Assembly (NCBI RefSeq): GCF_006345805.1
Contig: NC_042998.1
Span: 155,434,001 to 155,498,000 of the forward strand
DNA from: Octopus sinensis
Taxonomy: Eukaryota
DNA: 64,000 bases
Direction: 5' to 3'
Positions 38,236 through 53,221 of the stretch are shown here, in pieces. The notes under the pieces were generated by a model. That model was not told the DNA's origin. It saw only the letters and a list, made by a program, of their open reading frames with translations, and ran no database searches. Every line of letters starts with the position of its first letter. Positions within the stretch are counted from its first letter, which is position 1. The position numbers and the translations under genes were made by a program.

Positions 38236-38789
38236 TAGCAGAGATACCCGGTTACATTCAATTGAAGAATTAGACTTCTCTGTTATATTTTCTGTTTCGA
38301 ATTTCATCAAAATTGCAAATGAGGTTATTTCCCTCTTTACACACCCTAAAAAAATTGTAGTTGTGCCACATGTATCCCATAATACTGATTTTTATGCACA
38401 TATTCCAAAATTCCAGTCTTATTGAACCTGTTAAAAAGATTTTGCTCCTGAAAAATGAAGGTCATGGAGCTCTAAAATGTGAGAGTTAAGGCCCCTGTTG
38501 GGGGTGGGCATCTTAATGTCAACCAGAGAAGTTGAATTGTTGAGAATCTTTTTAACTTGGGTCTTATATCTATTGTTTGAATTTCTTTGAAATAGGAAAT
38601 ATGTGTTCACTGGGTTTGTAAACGAGAGCAAAGCTACAGGAAACCAAAAGATGAATGATCACAATAAGCAGTCAATTATCCTAACCTAGTCGTTACCACT
38701 CCCAATGAAGGATACCTCACCATCCAGGTGACAAGCACAGCTGTAAGATGCATTACGAATCTATAGCAATTGGAAGGGCATGACCCAAC

Positions 38790-39970
38790 TGAAATAAACA
38801 TTAACAACTGTGTGACATGAGGGCTAAGGAGAAATTAAAGAGAGTGTCACCACTAGAATACGAATAGCCTGGGCAAAGTTTAGAAAGCTCCTACCCCTAC
38901 TGGCGACAAAGGATCTCTCGTTCAGAGTGAAAGGTAGATTGTATGATGCATGTGTGCGAACTGCCATGCTTCACGGTAGTGAAACATGGGCTGTGACTGC
39001 AGAGGATATGCGTAGACTTGAAAGAAATGAAGCTAACATGATCCGCTGGATGTGTAATGTCAGTGTGCATGCACGACAGAGTTTAAGCACTCTGAGAGAA
39101 ATGCTGGACATAAGAAGCATCAGATGTGGTGTACAAGAGCGATGCTTACGATGGTATGGTCATGTACTGCGGATGGATGAGGAGAGATGTGTGATAAAGT
39201 GCTGCTCCCAAACAGTTGAACGTATCAGGGGGAGAGGTAGACCCAGGAAGACATGGGATGAGGTAGTCAAGCATGACCTCAGAGCATTGGGCCTCACAGA
39301 GGCAATGACGATGGACTGAGATCTCTGGAGATATGCTGTGACTGCAAAGACCCGGGCTGCTTCCTGCACCAGTTCTGCATAGTCCCAGCCCATTCAAAGT
39401 ACCTTGGATTTCAGAACAACCCGCTGTGCTTGAGGAGACCTATTGAGTCAAGTACATGAACATCGAAATAAATATCAATGGAAATAGTAGTTGTGATACC
39501 TGTGCCATGCTGGTGGCACGTAAAAAGCGCCATCCAAATGTGGCCGATGCCAGCACCGCCTTAACTGGCTTCTGTGCCGGTGGCACGTAAAAAGCACCAT
39601 CTGAACGTGGCCGATGCCAGCACCGCCTTGACTGGCTTCTGTGCCGGTGGCACATAAAAAGCACCATCCGGACATGGCCAATGCCAGCGCCGCCTTGACT
39701 GGCTTCTATGCCGGTGGTACGTAAAAAGCACCAACCGATCATGGCTGCTGCCAGACTCCCCTGGCACCTGTGCCGGTGGCACGTAAAAAGCACCCACTAC
39801 ACTCATGGAGTGGTTGGCGTCAGGAAGGGCATTCAGCTGTAGAAACACTGCCAGATCAGAATGGAGCCTGGTGCAGCCTCCTGGCTTCCCAGACCCCAGT
39901 CGAACCGTCTAACCCGTGCTAGCACGGAAAACGGACGTTAAACGATGATGATGATGATGATGATGATGAA
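38790..39970 (+). mobile_element. RTE 3' fragment with 67-bp 3' UTR minisatellite and (GAT)n tail
   Basis: ORF 38927-39319; repeats at 39512/39579/39646/39713; tail 39945-39968. Confidence 0.9.
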
Positions 39971-40489
39971 TGTGTCTAATGGAAAAATTAGAGTTTCTTC
40001 CCTTTTAGGGTTAAGTTATTTTCAGAATATTTTCCCATTATGCACTGTTTTGAGTATTTATACCCCAAAACTTTGAATATCTCAATAACTACTGGTCCAA
40101 TTTATGCAAAACTTGTTTGATTTCATTTGTATTCACATTTCAGGAGCACTTTCCTTTTCAAGTATTTTCCCATTATGCACCAGTTGTGCTGTGTAACATT
40201 GCAAGCAAGAAAGATTGAACTTCACTTTTAATGCATTATATATATATATGCTTTTGTTTATGTAATCACTTCTTGAAAATATTTACTCCCACTACATGTA
40301 GATCTCTCAGGGTTTTTAAGCAAGATAAACAGGTGTGAGCCTTTGCATTACAAGCTGTTGCAGTACTTGGTCTTTACTCTAGACAAGATGGGCAGGACCT
40401 TTAGAACAGTGCACTGGTGTCCTATTCAGGAACTTGTATAACTCTCAATGCCAATGTTTAATGCCAGCCCTTATATCTGTGTGTGTGTC

Positions 40490-41130
40490 TGTAACAGAGA
40501 AAGTAGTGTTTGTGTGTGGAAGATGCACAGAACCAATAAAGTCTACAGATACACAGGAAATTGATTTTTTCAAATGCCCAAGAGGCTCTCTAGATGTTAT
40601 ACATAATTTTTGTTATCTAGGTAACCTAATTAGCAGTAGAAGAGACTGTTCTGAAAGCGTAATTGCTAGAATAAGAATAAAATGAGAAAAATTCAGAGAA
40701 TTGTTACCTCTTTTGGCAATCAAAAGCTTGTGTAAATTCAGCAATGCTACATGGTAGTACGATGGGGGCCTTAAATACAGAACACATGTGAAGACTAGAG
40801 AGGAATGAAGCTGGTATTCTCCATTGGATGTGCAATGTCAGTGTACAAGTATGACAGAGTGCAAGTGTATTAAAAGGAAAGTTAGGCATAAGAGGCCCTA
40901 GATGCTGTGTGCAAGAGAGAAGACTGTGCTGGTTCAGTCATGTGTTGTGTATGGATGAGAACTGTTGCATAAAGAAATGCCGATCTCTTAAAGTGGATAC
41001 AACTTGTTGGGGAGGGAAACCCAGGAAGACATGGGACAAAGTATTGAGGCCAATCTCAAGATGCTGAGCCATATGGAGAAAATGATAAAGGACTGAGATA
41101 TCTGGTGCTTTGCTGTGCTTGAGAAGACCT
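40490..41130 (+). mobile_element. Older decayed RTE 3' fragment
   Basis: KVVFVCGRC...FCYLGNLIS...ESVIARIRI; aggaagacatggga. Confidence 0.75.
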
Positions 41131-41619
41131 GTCCACCACAAGAGAATTGGTATCTTAAAACCACCTTGATAAATGTGTGTACATGTAGAGCTCTGTTCCA
41201 CCTACATTCTCACTGCCCTGTCAAGCTTTCCCTCACATCTCTTTCCTTCATGTTCATCACTTCTTTCTCTCTGATAAACTTCATCTTTAAAATATATTTT
41301 ATTTACTATCACTCCCAAAACGCTCACATACCTAAAGTAACCTCTTCTGAGTCACTTCTATAACACTCACTTTCAATTACTACAGTCACCTTTATCCTGT
41401 TCAACCATCTTCAAATTCTTATGAAACTTCCCCTCAACATCCCACCTGGTGCTAGTGGCATGAAAAACGCACCCAATACACTCTGTAAAGTGGTTGGCAT
41501 TAAAAAGGGCATTCAAACCATGCCAAAACAAAATAAAGCTTGGCACAGTCAAACTCTGGCTTGCCAACTCATCAAATCCTCCGACCCATGCCAGCATGAA
41601 AATCAGATATTAAATGATG

Positions 41620-41669
<50 letters not shown>

Positions 41670-41687
41670 ACAAAAATAATTTCTTAC

Positions 41688-41786
41688 TTTATCACTTAAA
41701 TATTTTTTCTCTACTTCCTCTTGTACAAGATGCCAAATTTCTTTTACATTTAATACTCGGCCTAACTTTAAAGGTGTTCCATATGC
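41688..41786 (-). CDS. Candidate internal exon of the host gene (99 nt, phase 0-0)
   Basis: ttatatttttcag| acceptor and AAA|gtaaga donor; AYGTPLKLGRVLNVKEIWHLVQEEVEKKYLSDK. Confidence 0.7.
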
Positions 41787-41873
41787 CTGAAAAATATAAA
41801 TAATTTGTTGAGACACTTATAAATATATTCAAGATAAAGATGTCATGAAGGTCACAAATTAACAGATAATCTA

Positions 41874-43142
41874 CGAGGGGTGTTCATTAAAGATTTCTCC
41901 TGACACAATTCTCAAGGAATGGGATATATGAAACTTGGCATAATCATTAATCCTTCTCTACATAGCCACCACTAATGGTGACACTTCTCCTATTGCTTTA
42001 TGCAGCTGTGAAGAACTTGTCTGTAGAAGTCAGTAGGTTGCAACTGGAACCTAGACTTTACCTCAAAAAAAAAGTTCATCATCCAAAAAAGTGCTTCCCC
42101 TTTCATAAAAGACTGCACGGTTGGAAAGAGGTGGAAGTCAGATGGTGTGAGGCTGGGAGAGTAAGGGGGATAAGGAAGGATTTCATAGCCGCAGGATTGT
42201 GCTTTTATCTGAGCAACATGTACATTGTGAACTGGGGTGTTGCCTTGGAGGAGGCGAACTCCTTTGGTCGGTATGCCACGCCTCACTGCTTTAATGGCAT
42301 TGTGCAATTTCTGCAGCAGAGAAGCATAATATTCCTTGTTAACTGTGGTGCCCTTTGCTGGAAAATCCATCATCACTACTCCATGTTGGTCCCAAAAGAC
42401 TGTGAGCATCACCTTGCCTGCTGAGGGATGGACACGAACATTCTTTGGAGGTGGTGAGTTATCATGCTTCCATTGCTTCAACTGGGCTTTAGTCTCAGGA
42501 TCATAGTGATGGACCCATGTTTCATCCTGTATGATAAGTCTGCTGAAAAAGTCCTCATTTTCTTGGCACCTTGCCAAAAGAGCCTGGGAGAAATTGACTC
42601 GTTCCTGCTTCTGTAAAGGTGTGACCCTCTGCGGAAGCCATCATGCAGATAACTTCTGCAAGTGCAGTTGGTTGTGAATAATTTTTCCACAGACCCTACA
42701 CTTATCTACACTTCTTGGGCTAGTTGCGGAATAGTTATGCAGCTTCCACTTTATGGATGGTGTCGTCATCAATGGTGGAATGTGGTTGTCCAGGAATAGG
42801 TGCAGTTTCCACCAATATCCAACCACATTTGAACTGGCGATGCCAGTGCTTGGCAACCTCATTTGATGGTGCATTGTCACCATAAACTTCTTTCATCTCA
42901 TCAAAAGTCTCTTTTGATGTATGATCTTTGAAGTATAAGAACCTGATCACTGATCTGCATTCAACTGCCTCCATTGTAATACCTTAGTCCACTTCAGCAG
43001 CCATAAAAGACAAACAAATATTAGTAGAAAGCTGAAATTTACAATGCGACATAAAGATACATGTATGATTAAACCTGTACAAGTTCCATTCCCTGCACTA
43101 ACCAGAAGTGAGTCAGGGGAGATCTTTAATGAACACCCCTCA
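41874..43142 (-). mobile_element. Full-length (1269 bp) mariner transposon with an inactivated transposase
   Basis: TIRs (c/t)gaggggtgttcattaaagat...ctgac at both ends; TA duplications 41872-73 and 43143-44; DETWVHHYDPE, YSPSLTPSDFHLF; N-terminal HTH in 42735-42974; second catalytic Asp read as G (QGNTP). Confidence 0.95.
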
Positions 43143-43980
43143 TACTGAATTAAATTCTAAAATATGAACTTACTTTATTATCTTCAAAGGAAGAAAAGCA
43201 AAGTAAAACCTGATTTTTACTGCCCTCCGTATTCCAAGTATATGAACTCAAAATGTGGGGCATTTCACCCTTTCTGCCACCTCTATATAAACATTTATAG
43301 ATAAAAGGTACTGACTGATTTCAGACAGGTAAATTACTTGATTTTCTTACTCAATTTTCCCTAAAAATTATTATCATTTTCATAAGAATACAGGAAGGTA
43401 AAATATCAGTGACTGGATCACAGATGTATGATGAAATTTTTTAAAATAATATATTTTATTATTACAAAATAATAAAATGGCAAAAGTAAATACAACTGTC
43501 TATATGAGTTTGGTTACAGTAACCACAATACAATTGCACGTTTTCTGCTGATTACTCAAGAACTTATAATTAATAAACTGAAGACTATTGATTATTTCAC
43601 TGCACTTGATGGGATGAAAGTTATCTCCCTTAACTGATTCTTTTGAGCCTCTTCAAATCAGAGGTACTACATAAGCAATAAGCATAATTTATTTACAATC
43701 AGATACAGAATTACTTTAGTAAAATCACTAATGTAACTTAAAGCATGTTTGAACAGTACTGTATAATGGTTATTTTTCCATATTATAAAATATATACTTA
43801 TAAATGGTTTTAAAATATTACTTTTCAGTGCATATATTTTTATATATAATCAACTTCACAAATTTGAATTCAGTTTTGCAACTTTATATTTATTTCAGTT
43901 TTGTATGGTGATAATAAACCAAACTTATAAATAAGCCAATGATGGAGTTTCTCTGCAGTAATTTGATGTGTTGAAAATAC

Positions 43981-44067
43981 CATTCCTGCCTTCCTCAAAT
44001 CATACTCAACCATTTTGTAAAAGAAGGACACATCGGATAATGCAGTGTTTTTCTTTATTGATTTGGT
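43981..44067 (-). CDS. Candidate internal exon of the host gene (87 nt, phase 0-0)
   Basis: tttctctttttacag| acceptor and ATG|gtattt donor; only one open frame, TKSIKKNTALSDVSFFYKMVEYDLRKAGM. Confidence 0.7.
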
Positions 44068-44808
44068 CTGTAAAAAGAGAAACTACAGCTATTACCTTCA
44101 CAAAACCAATGAGATCAATGAAATCAGCATTAGTTACAATTCAATGACTGTAGTAAAAACATGAGCATGGAAGGATTTCCAGAGGGGCAACATTCTGGAG
44201 GAAAAATAATAAGGCAGTGCTCCAACATGGCCGCAGTCAAATGACAGAACAAGTAAAAGAATAAAAGAATACTAGCATTCATTAATGTAGGACTTGGTAG
44301 AGTGGACCATCATATGGGTGATGATAAGGAAAGACAACTAGCTCTAAGTAGCAGAGTTCACTTTAGACAAGAGAGAGGTGAAGCATGCCTGAATGCAAGA
44401 GGTTAGAATATGTTAGTAACTTCAAGAATATTGGTCAAGTGGCCTTTCTTTATATATGTGCTGGAGAATGTGTGTGTATGTCTCAAATGTGGGAGCAATG
44501 CTGACACATAATGTTTGTAGTGATCATGAGCTTTGCTACAAGGATGCAATAAGGTTTTCTTATTGTGCATAATGATTGTTTCATTGTCTTTTGAGGGGAT
44601 ATGACAAACACAAACCTGTTGGAGGGTGTTTTAGAAGTCTTTTTTCATGGAGTCAGTGTACATATTCACATGAGGTTGTACACATGGGTGAAGAAATGTT
44701 AGGAAAAATGAAGGTTAGATCCATTTGTGTACAAATGGGCCTTGTTGAACTGATAGGAAGGAGGTAATTTGCACATAGTGGTTAGGGAAAAGGCAAGATG
44801 GTCATGGA

Positions 44809-46023
44809 TACCCTGTGCACAGATAAATTTTTTCACAAATTATAGTGTGGTATGCAATGTGTTGCTTACCCATGCTTTTTGATTGAACTAAATTTTTTTT
44901 TTAAAGTATCAACATTATAGGTATTTATACTCCAGTGAAATTAAGAAATCAGCTCATAATTAAATGAAATCATCGAATCCATCACTGTACACATGCACAT
45001 AGTCGCATATCTATGTATATATGTACTGACACATGTCTACATGCATAGGTACACAGACAAGGGTCAATCTATATGAAAAAGAAAGTGAACAAAATGAAAT
45101 GGTTATAGAAAATATTACATAGAATTTAAGTGTTTTCAGTGCCTCTCAATCATGGCTGGTGAATCAAACATACTGTAGTTCATTGTAGGATATAAGTAAT
45201 ATGAGTACTTGCTTATCGGCAAACTTATAAGTTCAATTATAAAAAAAAATTTTTAATATAAATATTGCCATTATAGGTGAAATTAAGAAATCAACTCGTA
45301 AATAAATGAAATCCTCAAATCCATCACTGTGCACACACAGTCACATATCTATGTATATACCGACACGTATCTACACACATAGGTACACCATGATCTATAC
45401 ACACACAGATGAGGGCTGATTCATATGAAAAAGAAAGTGAACAAAATGAAATATTTATACAAAATATTGCATAAAATTTGAGAAGTGCTTCATCATTATA
45501 ACACTTGTTTTGTTAATTTTATTTTACTACTGCAAAATTCTGTTTTGCTTTACATTTCTGTCATAACCAAAATAAAATATGTAAGAGAAAAGAATTTAGA
45601 ATTAAATAGTGACTCTAGGTGTATGTAAGGATAAGATATTTTTCATAATGGAAAAAAAAGGCATCAGTGGGGCAATGCATACCCTGTGCACAGATAAATT
45701 TTTTTCACAAATTATAGTGTGGCTTATAATATGTTGCATATCCATGCTTTTTAATTGAACTGAATTAATTCATACTCTGGTAAAATTAAGAAATCAACTC
45801 CTAAATAAATGAAACCCTCAAATCCATTACTGTATGCACATGCACAGTTGCATATCTATGCATGTATTTATGTATGTTTGAAGATAATCAAACCGAATGT
45901 TCATCATTTCGAGCTACTTACCCAATGGTGAAAATCTGTTCAGCCGTTTTCCAGTAATTTTGCAAACACACAGACAAAGACGAGTGATTACAATACCCTT
46001 CTTTTGCTTATGTGCACAGGGTA
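44809..46023. mobile_element. Non-autonomous element with 13-bp inverted ends and internal duplications (possibly Helentron/DINE-like)
   Basis: taccctgtgcaca at 44809 and 45680, its reverse complement at 46011-46023; gtgaaattaagaaatca...tccatcactgt block repeated three times. Confidence 0.55.
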
Positions 46024-47989
46024 ATTAAATCTATAAGGAAGTATTACAAGAGATAAAGTGATCAAACTGAGTCTGTACTGGACTGCAAATTCATTTTCTA
46101 CTGCAGGCATTTTGTAACATTTCTGTGCACCAAGTTGTTTAGCTCTATATCAGCCAACTGAGCAGACCTGTGTTCAAAGACAAGTCAGACGAAATAGCCC
46201 AACTTTTCTTTAGAGACAATGTATCCCAGATTATATAATCTAATGTGCTTTACCTTTTTAAGACAGAAGTTATGTTTTGAGAAAAACTTAGCTTCTATTT
46301 CTTTTATGGTGGCATCTTCAAATTTGATAGTAAATACCTTCTGGAAAAATTACCTCCAGAAGATTAGCATCTTATTTAAGAACATATTTGCCATATTCAC
46401 TTATTGCAACAAAGTAAATAATTGTTCTTCTGAAAAGTGATTACCGCTTTATTACACAGGCTAAAGAAGGATGGAAACTACATAAAGTTGATAAGTGCTG
46501 AGTACTGAATTCCTAATGAATATATAACAAATACTGTACATTTGTTTAAATAATTAAAAACTGCCAGTCACATGGTATGCACCAGTTTTATGTGAACTTG
46601 TCTGGGGTTTTTTCTCTATATATTGCGATTAAAATAAACAGGGACACACAATTAATTCCATTGCTACAGAGTCACGGTTGATGTTGTTACTCCTTCTCAT
46701 ACATTCTGCTGTTGGTTGTGCTACTGCTACAGCAATATAGAAATTCACAGTTTATGGTTATTTGATCCTTGTTCCTATACCGGTGCTTATGAAATAAGCA
46801 AATCACAAAACTTGACAATGGCTGAAGGAAAATCTCTTGGTGACATAAACTTACAGTCAATCAAAGACGTCTCATGGCATTCAAAGCAAAAGCTTATGTG
46901 GATGAATTAAAGGATAACGATCATGATCAAAGTCCTTTGGCTATGAAATTCGTTTCTTTTGTAGGAATACAAGCATTAAAAATTATCCTAGATATTAATA
47001 TCTCACATAATATCATGAAAATGACCTACAATGGACCTAAATAATTCAATTCTAAATCATGTTGCTCTTTCAAAGAAACTGCAGCCGAAAGAACAAAATT
47101 CTTCTCCACATTAATAATTAAGGATGATGATGATAGTTAAATACTATGACTTTTCTCCTAAGCCTGTCTACCTATGTGGGGATTAAACTTCATTTGCACA
47201 AGGTTTGTGCACAGCGTCCTTCATATATTTAAGAATAGTTTCCCTAATATCATTCCCTTTATTTGCTATGACATTCATGAAACAACAGCTCGATCTCTCT
47301 TGAATCAAGCAGCTAAGTTTTTATTATTATTGAAATGTGACTTAGTCAATGAATCTAGGTTTCCTCCTCCTTTCACTATCTCATTTGTAAAGGTCACATG
47401 TATTTCATTTCAATTTCAGTTAGCTTCCTCTTCTCGTTGCAAAATGTTTATACTATAAATTTGCTGATTAAAATGTACATGTAAGTTAATTTAGTCTTAG
47501 TAGTAAATGATGATAATAATAGTTAAATACTACGACTTTTCTCCTAAGCTCATCTACCTGTGTGGGGATTGATCTTGCTTGCACAAGGTCTGTGCATGGC
47601 ATCCATTTTTTTGCACACTTATTATGTTCATCCACCCTTCCCCACCACCATCATCTTAATTCATACATGAATTGTTTCAATGGTGACTCATATAATCCTT
47701 TTGTGCTGTGTATGGGAGTACATATTTTACTTATACCTTATACCTTCATGCAGGCACTCAGATGAGTGTCGTATACAGTTAAAGGTACCTCATATATAAA
47801 CATTTAGATATACAATATTTAAACCATCCTATGTAGTCACCCTTTCCTCTCTTTCAGGTCAACTTACATTCCCTATTCTCATAACCTCTTCATTTCTTGT
47901 TGGCTCCTGTTCTGGATATTGTATTGAACGGGGAAACTGATTCATTGTAATTCACTGAATAAACTAGGTATCAAAGCTCTATACTAGCT

Positions 47990-50900
47990 GACAAGTGTTT
48001 GCGCAGATCTTCTTTTCAGGTAATGACAAAAGTTCCACAACTGCCTTCCTGTCGTCACTCCCAAGTACACAATCACAGGGCTGATACCATAAATGTTGGC
48101 ACAATGAAAGGAAGGAGTGGGGAGATTATTGAAATGTTGGAGCGATGCCATGTTATTGTCTGTGGTGTGCATGATAGAGGAAAACCTCAGCTACATTCCA
48201 CATGGGTAAGAGACAGATTCAAATTCTTTTGGGTAGGCAGGAGGGATGGAGTGGATGGTGTAGGTATACTGTTAGCAGCAAAGTGGGGAGATAAGGTAAT
48301 TTAGGTAGTTAGAGTATGTGATAGGGTAATTAAGATGAGACTTATCATAGGTAAATTAAGTTACATTTATCTCTACCTACGCTCCTCAGTCTGGGCTGAC
48401 TGAAGAGCAGAAGGACCGATTCTATGAGATCCTTTTGCAGACCACCTCAATAACAAATGACAGAGACTTTATTATTGTGGCTGGTGACTTCAATGGACAT
48501 GTTGGACAGTGCCACATAGATTCCAGGGAGTGCATGGCGGCTATGGTTTTGGACCTAGAAATGAGGAGGGAATAATGATGGATTCCTTTGATACAAATGA
48601 TCTCATGATCTGCAACACTAACTTCAAAAAACCAGCCAGCCATCTAATCACTTATTAGTCTGGTGAGCACATAAGCTAGATTGACTACCTCCTCACCAGG
48701 CAACAAGATAGATGGATGCTTACAAAAACAAAGTCTTTCCCAGGTGAAAAGTGTACAACCCAACGTAGGTTACTAGTTAGTGACTTCAAAATTGGAGCTT
48801 GAAAGACTTGGAGAAATAAACCAATCTGGAAAAGAAGACTACGAAAGCTCAAAGATGCAGCAAACAGACAGAAATTTAGAGATTTGCTAATGGAAACTTC
48901 TGACAAAAGAGAGGAATAGTTGGTGATATATAGCTTAGAGGAAATTAGAAGTTCCTGCAGAGCAATCTACTGAGGGCTATAGATGAAATCTGTGATTGGT
49001 GCAGAGTTCCTGCTAAGCCAAAGGAAATATGGTGGTGGAACAAGGAGGTAGGCAGTGCTATAAAAGCAAAGTGGAAAGACTGGAAAAACATTGAAAGCAG
49101 AGAATTATATCAGGTAGCTAGAAGAGCAGCTAGGCAATAGGTTTACATAGCAAAAGGTAAAAAAGAAGGTAAAAAATTTGCAGATGGTCTACAGCATGAG
49201 GATCCAGAGGCATGAGGTGTTCAGGATTGCAAAGCAATCCTGGTGGGTGAGAAATGTATGCAAATGAATAATGGTATACTTGCACTTAGTGACTCAGAGA
49301 AGAAAGATGCATGGAAGTGTCACTATGAAAGGTTACTAAATGTAGAAAATGAATGGGAGAAGAGAGTCTCCCAAATATCAAAGCAATTGAGGGGCCAGCC
49401 ATCAGAGTTGATAGCAGCATAATAGATAAAGCAATTAAGGATATGAAAACAGAGAAAGCTCCTGGGTCATCAAGAATCACTGATGAGATGATGAATACAG
49501 ATGTAGGATACAGCTTAGCCACCCACAGAGTTAATCGGGTTATTCAGCAAGGTGCCCTCCCCAATGACTGGTGTAGTAGTATTATAGTTAGCTGCTACAA
49601 GAGTAAAGGTGATACCTTAGATAGAAACTACAGAGGTATCAAACTGCTGAACCAGGTCATGAAAGTCATTGAAAGCTCAATTGATTAGGAGTAAAATTAA
49701 ACCAGATGAGATGTAGTTTGGTTTTGTATCTAGGAAGAGTACCACAGATGCCATCTTCCTAGTGAGATAGCTGTAAGAAAAGTACTCTGCCAAAAGTGAG
49801 CCATTGTAGTTAGCTTTTGTCAAACTGGAGAAAGCTTTCAACAGAGTTCCCTGTTATCTGGTGGTCTCTAAGGAAGCTAGGAGTAGAAGAGTGGCTTATT
49901 AGAGCTGTACAGACCATGTATGGTGGTGCTGTCAGTAAGGTGAGAGTTGGCAAGGAATACAATGATGAATTTAGTATACAAGTAGGGGTTCACAGATGCT
50001 CAGCCCTCAGTTCACTTTTATTCATTGTAGTTCTCCAGGCCATAACAGAGGAATCCAAAACTGGATGCCCATTGGAATTACTACATGTTGATGACCTCAC
50101 TCTTATTGCAGAATTTTTAGTGGAATTAGAGAAGAAATTCCAGGAATGGAAACAAAACTTGAAATCAAAGTTCTTAAAGTTAACCTAGCAAAGACTAAAG
50201 TTGTTAGCAAGAAAGAAGATAAAACTCTCTTTTCATCAGGTAAATGGCCCTGCTCAATATGTAGGAAAGGAGTTGGAAAAATTTCCATTCACTGCACTCA
50301 GTGTAAGCTATGGACACATAAGAGGTGCAGTGGAATCGCAGGTAGATTAATAGATAAAGTCATCTTTGTATGTGGCAGATGTGCGGGAAAAATAAGCACT
50401 AATAGTACAGATTCCCTCAAATGCCCAGGAAGCTCTCTTGAGGTTGTAGCTAGTTTTTGTTACCTAGGTGACAAAATTAGCAATGGTGGAGGCTGCTCTG
50501 AAAGTACTGTTTCTAGAATAATAATAGGATGGAAGAAGTTCAGAGAGCTATTACTTCTGTTGGCAACAAAAGGACTCTCTCTCAGAGTGAAAGGTAGACT
50601 GTATGATGTTTGTGTGTGAACAGCTATACTCCATGGTAGTGAGACATGGGCTCTGAATGCAGAAGACGTGTAGACTGGAGAGAAATGAAAGCAGTATGCC
50701 CCACTGGAGGTGCAACATCAGTGTGTATGTATGATAAAGTGCAACTGTATTGAGAAAAAATTGGGGCATAAGAGGAATCAAATGCAGTACGCAAGAGAGA
50801 TTACATTAGTTTGGACATATGATGAGGATAGCTGCATAAAGAAGTGCCAATCACTGGAAGTAGATAGTACCCATAGAAGAGGTAGACCCAGGAAGAATGG

Positions 50901-51000
50901 GACGAAGTGGTAAGGACCAATCTCAGGATGTTGGGCCTAATGGAGGGATATTACAATGGACCAAGATGTCTAGTGATATAAGGTTCTTGAGAAGACCCAC
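47990..51000 (+). mobile_element. Heavily decayed near full-length RTE LINE
   Basis: NVGTMKGRSGE, GDFNGH remnant, KAPG, LLHVDD, WPCSIC..CTQC..HKRC..CGRC, GRPRK. Confidence 0.88.
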
Positions 51001-51699
51001 CCACTGTGTGTTCCATCCACTTGTAACAAGAAAACCTTTCTCACACCCTACCCCAACAAAGCAAACTACATCTCTTCTCTTCCTCACATATCCTCTTTCA
51101 TGCACTTTGCTTACCTCTCACTCTCCAATCCTATCCTCTTAGCCCTGTTTCACTGTATCATTGCTATCCAGTGGCCCCCGATCTGTGTTACACAAACCAA
51201 ACTACATCTCTACATCTCATCTCTTCTCTTCCTCATATTTCCTCCTTCATACTCTATGTTTACCTTTCACTCTCCAATCCTGTCCTCACAGCCGTTTCTC
51301 TGTATCATTGTTATCCAGTAGCCCCCCCCCCCACCACCACCACCACCACCATATACTCAGGTCTTCACCACTCACTGCATTCCCCAATGATGATGGTGAA
51401 ATTCAACAACTTAATGAGTCAATTTCTTAATTTATTTCAAATCTGTGACATACCAGTGAATACTGCAATTTTGAAAGTCTGAAAACATCTAAAATGTCAG
51501 TGAGGGAAAAACTCCTACTGTCTCAGTTGATTGTCAGTGAGGATAGAGGGAAACTTCTATAAGCTAATGAAGTTAACGAACTCAGTTTAGAAGTTACAGT
51601 ACAATTTTTACAATGTTCTTTGTAAATATCTGAATTTTGCAGTGACAATTCAAAATGGGAAGTCATTGCCTATTCCAGAATGACCACACAAGATAAAAG

Positions 51700-53025
51700 A
51701 AAAAATCTGAGTGACAAATCCTGTTACCACTGTGGAAAGCACTGGTTCCCACAACACAAATGGCCTGCAATAAAAGCTATCTGCAAAAACTGTTGCAAGA
51801 AAGCCACTGTACAAAAATTTGCAAAAGTGCCAGGAATGATCATAGGATGAATCATCAGGATGGAATCAGGACTCTTATCAGTCATGCATTGGAAAAACCT
51901 GTGTTTGAATCTGTCTCACTCAATGGACACATGATAGACATGATGCATGATATGGGTGCTCCCTGCAGCATTATCTCATCCATAATAGCAAAAGACATCA
52001 GCGTGACGATTACATGGCAACATTCTTCATATGAATCGTACAATGGGCACCAGATAGAATGCATTGGGGAGGCTTGCTTTATGGTGAAATGAGAAGGCTG
52101 GTAATTCCTCCATATTTTAAAAATAATTAAAGGTGACTGCAGGTATGGTCTACTAGGTCGTGACCTACTCAACGCTGGAACAAAGAGCAGTGTTGAGTAA
52201 TTTCTGCTGACAATAAAAGGAGTGCCAGCTTCATTTAAATTAAAACCTAAAGTCTCTGATAAATTCTGTTGCCAGAAGCATACCTATTACTCTCAAAGAA
52301 GATGTAGCAAAAGAAATCGATGCACTGGAAGCCTAAGGTGTAATTAAAAAATGTGCTCCAGGTGGCATATTCAATACTTATCCAGTCGCATGGGTTAATA
52401 AGTAAAATGGACAGTTGCATATGTGTCCTGACTACAAAGTTCACCAAAATGAAAAAATATGCAAGGAAGCCTATCCTTTGCCACAAACAGAAACAATATT
52501 CAGCAAGCTTAGTGGTGCAAGATTCTTCACTAAGACAGACTTAACCAATACATATTGGCAGATTGAGCTCAAAAATAGTTAGAAGCTCTGCACCATCAAT
52601 ACAAGAAGGTTATACTTGGTTATGTGATAACAGATGGGGATGAAAAATAGTTTTGCAATTTTTCAGCATGCTGTAGAAAATGCAGTGCTCAAGGGACTAA
52701 GAAATTTCATCACCTACCAAGACAATATAATTGATTTTGCTTAGACAGGAGAGAGCCTGAATAAACATTTAAGTGCCATTCTTGGAGGATTACGTGAGAA
52801 ACAAGTCAGTGCCAACAAAGAAAAATGTGCTCAAAAGACTACAAGCATCACATTTTTAGATTACGTGATATCAGCAGAAGGAATTAAACCCACAAAAGAA
52901 CTCACTCACAGAATTATGGCATTAAATCAGCCAAAACACAGAGGAACTGCAATCCTTTCTTGGACTAATTGGATACTTTGGGTGACTCATTTCAAATTTC
53001 AGTGAGAAAACAATTAGCATGAAGA
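51700..53025 (+). mobile_element. Decayed Gypsy gag/pol remnant (knuckle, protease, RT)
   Basis: CYHCGK; DMGAPCSII...GRDLL; FTKTDL..TYWQIEL; YQDN. Confidence 0.7.
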
Positions 53026-53142
53026 AACTAACTACTGCTGATTGTTTTCAGTTGTATATGAGTATGTATATATGCAGGCACGTATATATGTATGTGTGTG
53101 TATGTATGTATTTATATGTATATATATGTTTTTCTTTATATA

Positions 53143-53221
<79 letters not shown>

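Noticed and set aside
46843-47043. Plus-strand open frame ...RRLMAFKAKAYVDELKDND...
   Set aside because: No recognisable motif, weak splice context, opposite strand to the other exons
51454-51478. Possible 25-nt minus-strand micro-exon (ttttcag...CTG|gtatgt)
   Set aside because: Such signals arise by chance in AT-rich DNA; needs RNA evidence
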